From Candidatus Daviesbacteria bacterium (GTDB lineage Bacteria; Patescibacteriota; Microgenomatia; Daviesbacterales; UBA10151), in assembly GCA_016176465.1 (NCBI GenBank), contig JACOXD010000005.1, positions 3,741-67,740 of the forward strand: a DNA stretch of 64,000 bases, read 5' to 3'. Made by a program: the position numbers and the translations under genes. How positions within the stretch are numbered: position 1 is the first letter of the stretch; every line of letters begins with the position of its first letter. Positions 63,154-64,000 of this stretch are shown here, piece after piece. The notes under the pieces are model-generated. The model was not told the origin of the DNA and ran no database searches. It saw only the letters and a program-made list of their open reading frames with translations.

Positions 63154-64000
63154 ATGACATTTATGAATCAAAAAGTACATTTTTTAGGAATTGCTGGTTC
63201 AGGAGCATCCGCAGTTGCTGCCATTGCTAAATCATGGGGATTTGAAATAACAGGTTGTGATTTAAATCCTTTTAATGAATTTACCTCTCAGTTTGAAAAA
63301 GAAATTTTAATGGAAGGGCATTCAAAAAACCACCTTTACACTCATCCTGAAGCGCGGGCCCCTCTAGGGAGGAAGGATCTAGAGGAGTTAGATTCTTCTC
63401 AGGCTTCGCCTAATCAGAATGACAGTTTAGTTGACCTCTTAGTAATTACCCCAGCAATCTTATCCCTAGATCCTAGTAATGAAGAGTTAAAAGAAGCTAA
63501 AGATAAAGGAGTCCCAGTTTTAACTTGGCAAGAGTTTTTAGGTAAAAATTTACTTAAAGATAAATTTGTTATAGCAGTTTGTGGGACTCATGGTAAAACA
63601 ACCACTACTGCTTTGATCGGATCTTTACTTGAGGATGCGGGGCTAGATCCTACAGTAGAACTTGGTTCTATTTTTCCTAAATGGGGGAAAAACTTTAGAG
63701 TTGGAAAATCAAAATATTTTGTGCTAGAAGCTGATGAGTTTAATGATAATTTTTTAAGTTACCCAACAGATATTGCAATTGTTACTAATATTGATTTTGA
63801 CCATCCAGAATTTTTTAAAGACTTAAATGCTTACAGAAAAAGTTTTATAAAGTTTTTATCACAGGTAAAAAAATTAATTATTGCTAATCTTTCTGATCTT
63901 GGAGTGTACGAGATTTTAGGTTTACACCTCGAAGGTGGGAAGCAAGAACAAAATGACATATTTAATCTTATAAAGGTAATTGATTATTCAGCTACAAAAA
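63154..64000 (+). CDS. murC: UDP-N-acetylmuramate--L-alanine ligase (5' part; runs off the window) carrying an in-frame family-1 element insertion
   Basis: Not in the ORF track because it has no stop. MTFMNQKVHFLGIAGSGASAVAA… and …VCGTHGKTTTTALIG… It contains a GC-rich block of about 28 aa (THPEARAPLGRKDLEELDSSQASPNQND). Confidence 0.75.
   Translation, partial: MTFMNQKVHFLGIAGSGASAVAAIAKSWGFEITGCDLNPFNEFTSQFEKEILMEGHSKNHLYTHPEARAPLGRKDLEELDSSQASPNQNDSLVDLLVITPAILSLDPSNEELKEAKDKGVPVLTWQEFLGKNLLKDKFVIAVCGTHGKTTTTALIGSLLEDAGLDPTVELGSIFPKWGKNFRVGKSKYFVLEADEFNDNFLSYPTDIAIVTNIDFDHPEFFKDLNAYRKSFIKFLSQVKKLIIANLSDLGVYEILGLHLEGGKQEQNDIFNLIKVIDYSATK
63342..63424. repeat. family-1 palindromic element inserted in frame in murC
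   Basis: TCATCCTGAAGCGCGGGCCCCTCTAGGGAGGAAGGATCTAGAGGAGTTAGATTCTTCTCAGGCTTCGCCTAATCAGAATGACA. Confidence 0.75.

Overview
This is a 64-kb, AT-rich fragment of a reduced bacterial genome that looks like Candidate Phyla Radiation / Patescibacteria. The backbone is housekeeping: thrS, infC-rpmI-rplT, pheST, a class A PBP, an F-type ATP synthase operon (atpBEFHAGD on the minus strand with atpC displaced 3.8 kb away), an archaeal-type tyrS, recG, rpmF, nusB, rnc, rpsP, a KH-domain gene, trmD, a complete trpEGD(CF)BA operon, holB, gyrB and a partial murC. There is also a large type IV pilus locus (pilB, pilT, pilC, pilD, pilMNO, about 9 prepilin-type genes and PilX-like proteins) next to a secreted SNase/Excalibur nuclease. 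Superimposed on this backbone are several small repeat families and insertion scars. (1) A roughly 60-90 bp imperfect palindromic element (GTCATYCTGA...GAAGRATCT...AGATYCTTC...TCAGRATGAC) with 5 copies plus a mini-copy. Three copies sit in frame inside atpD, atpG and murC, always read in the same frame ('(R/T)HPE...QN(D/N)'), which resembles Rickettsia palindromic elements. (2) An IS200-like / REP-associated tyrosine transposase (RayT-like) gene flanked by inverted copies of a GC-rich hairpin (TCACCCGGAGGGTGTA), with a third copy inside pheT. (3) A 50-bp duplicate of the atpD 3' end bordering a 1.8-kb insert that carries a DUF433/DUF5615 toxin-antitoxin pair and a MOSC-domain gene; a second, paralogous TA pair lies next to tRNA-Tyr. 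(4) Two further short repeat families, one of them a palindromic element directly abutting two start codons. Other notable points are T-box-like leaders on thrS and the trp operon, infC with a probable AUA start, an extra 101-aa ORF inside the ATP synthase operon, a class-I tRNA-Tyr with C1:G72 matching the archaeal-type TyrRS, and several visibly GC-richer hypothetical genes that look horizontally acquired. No CRISPR array and no rRNA were seen. Every call is from manual reading of the sequence and the supplied ORF translations; no searches were run.
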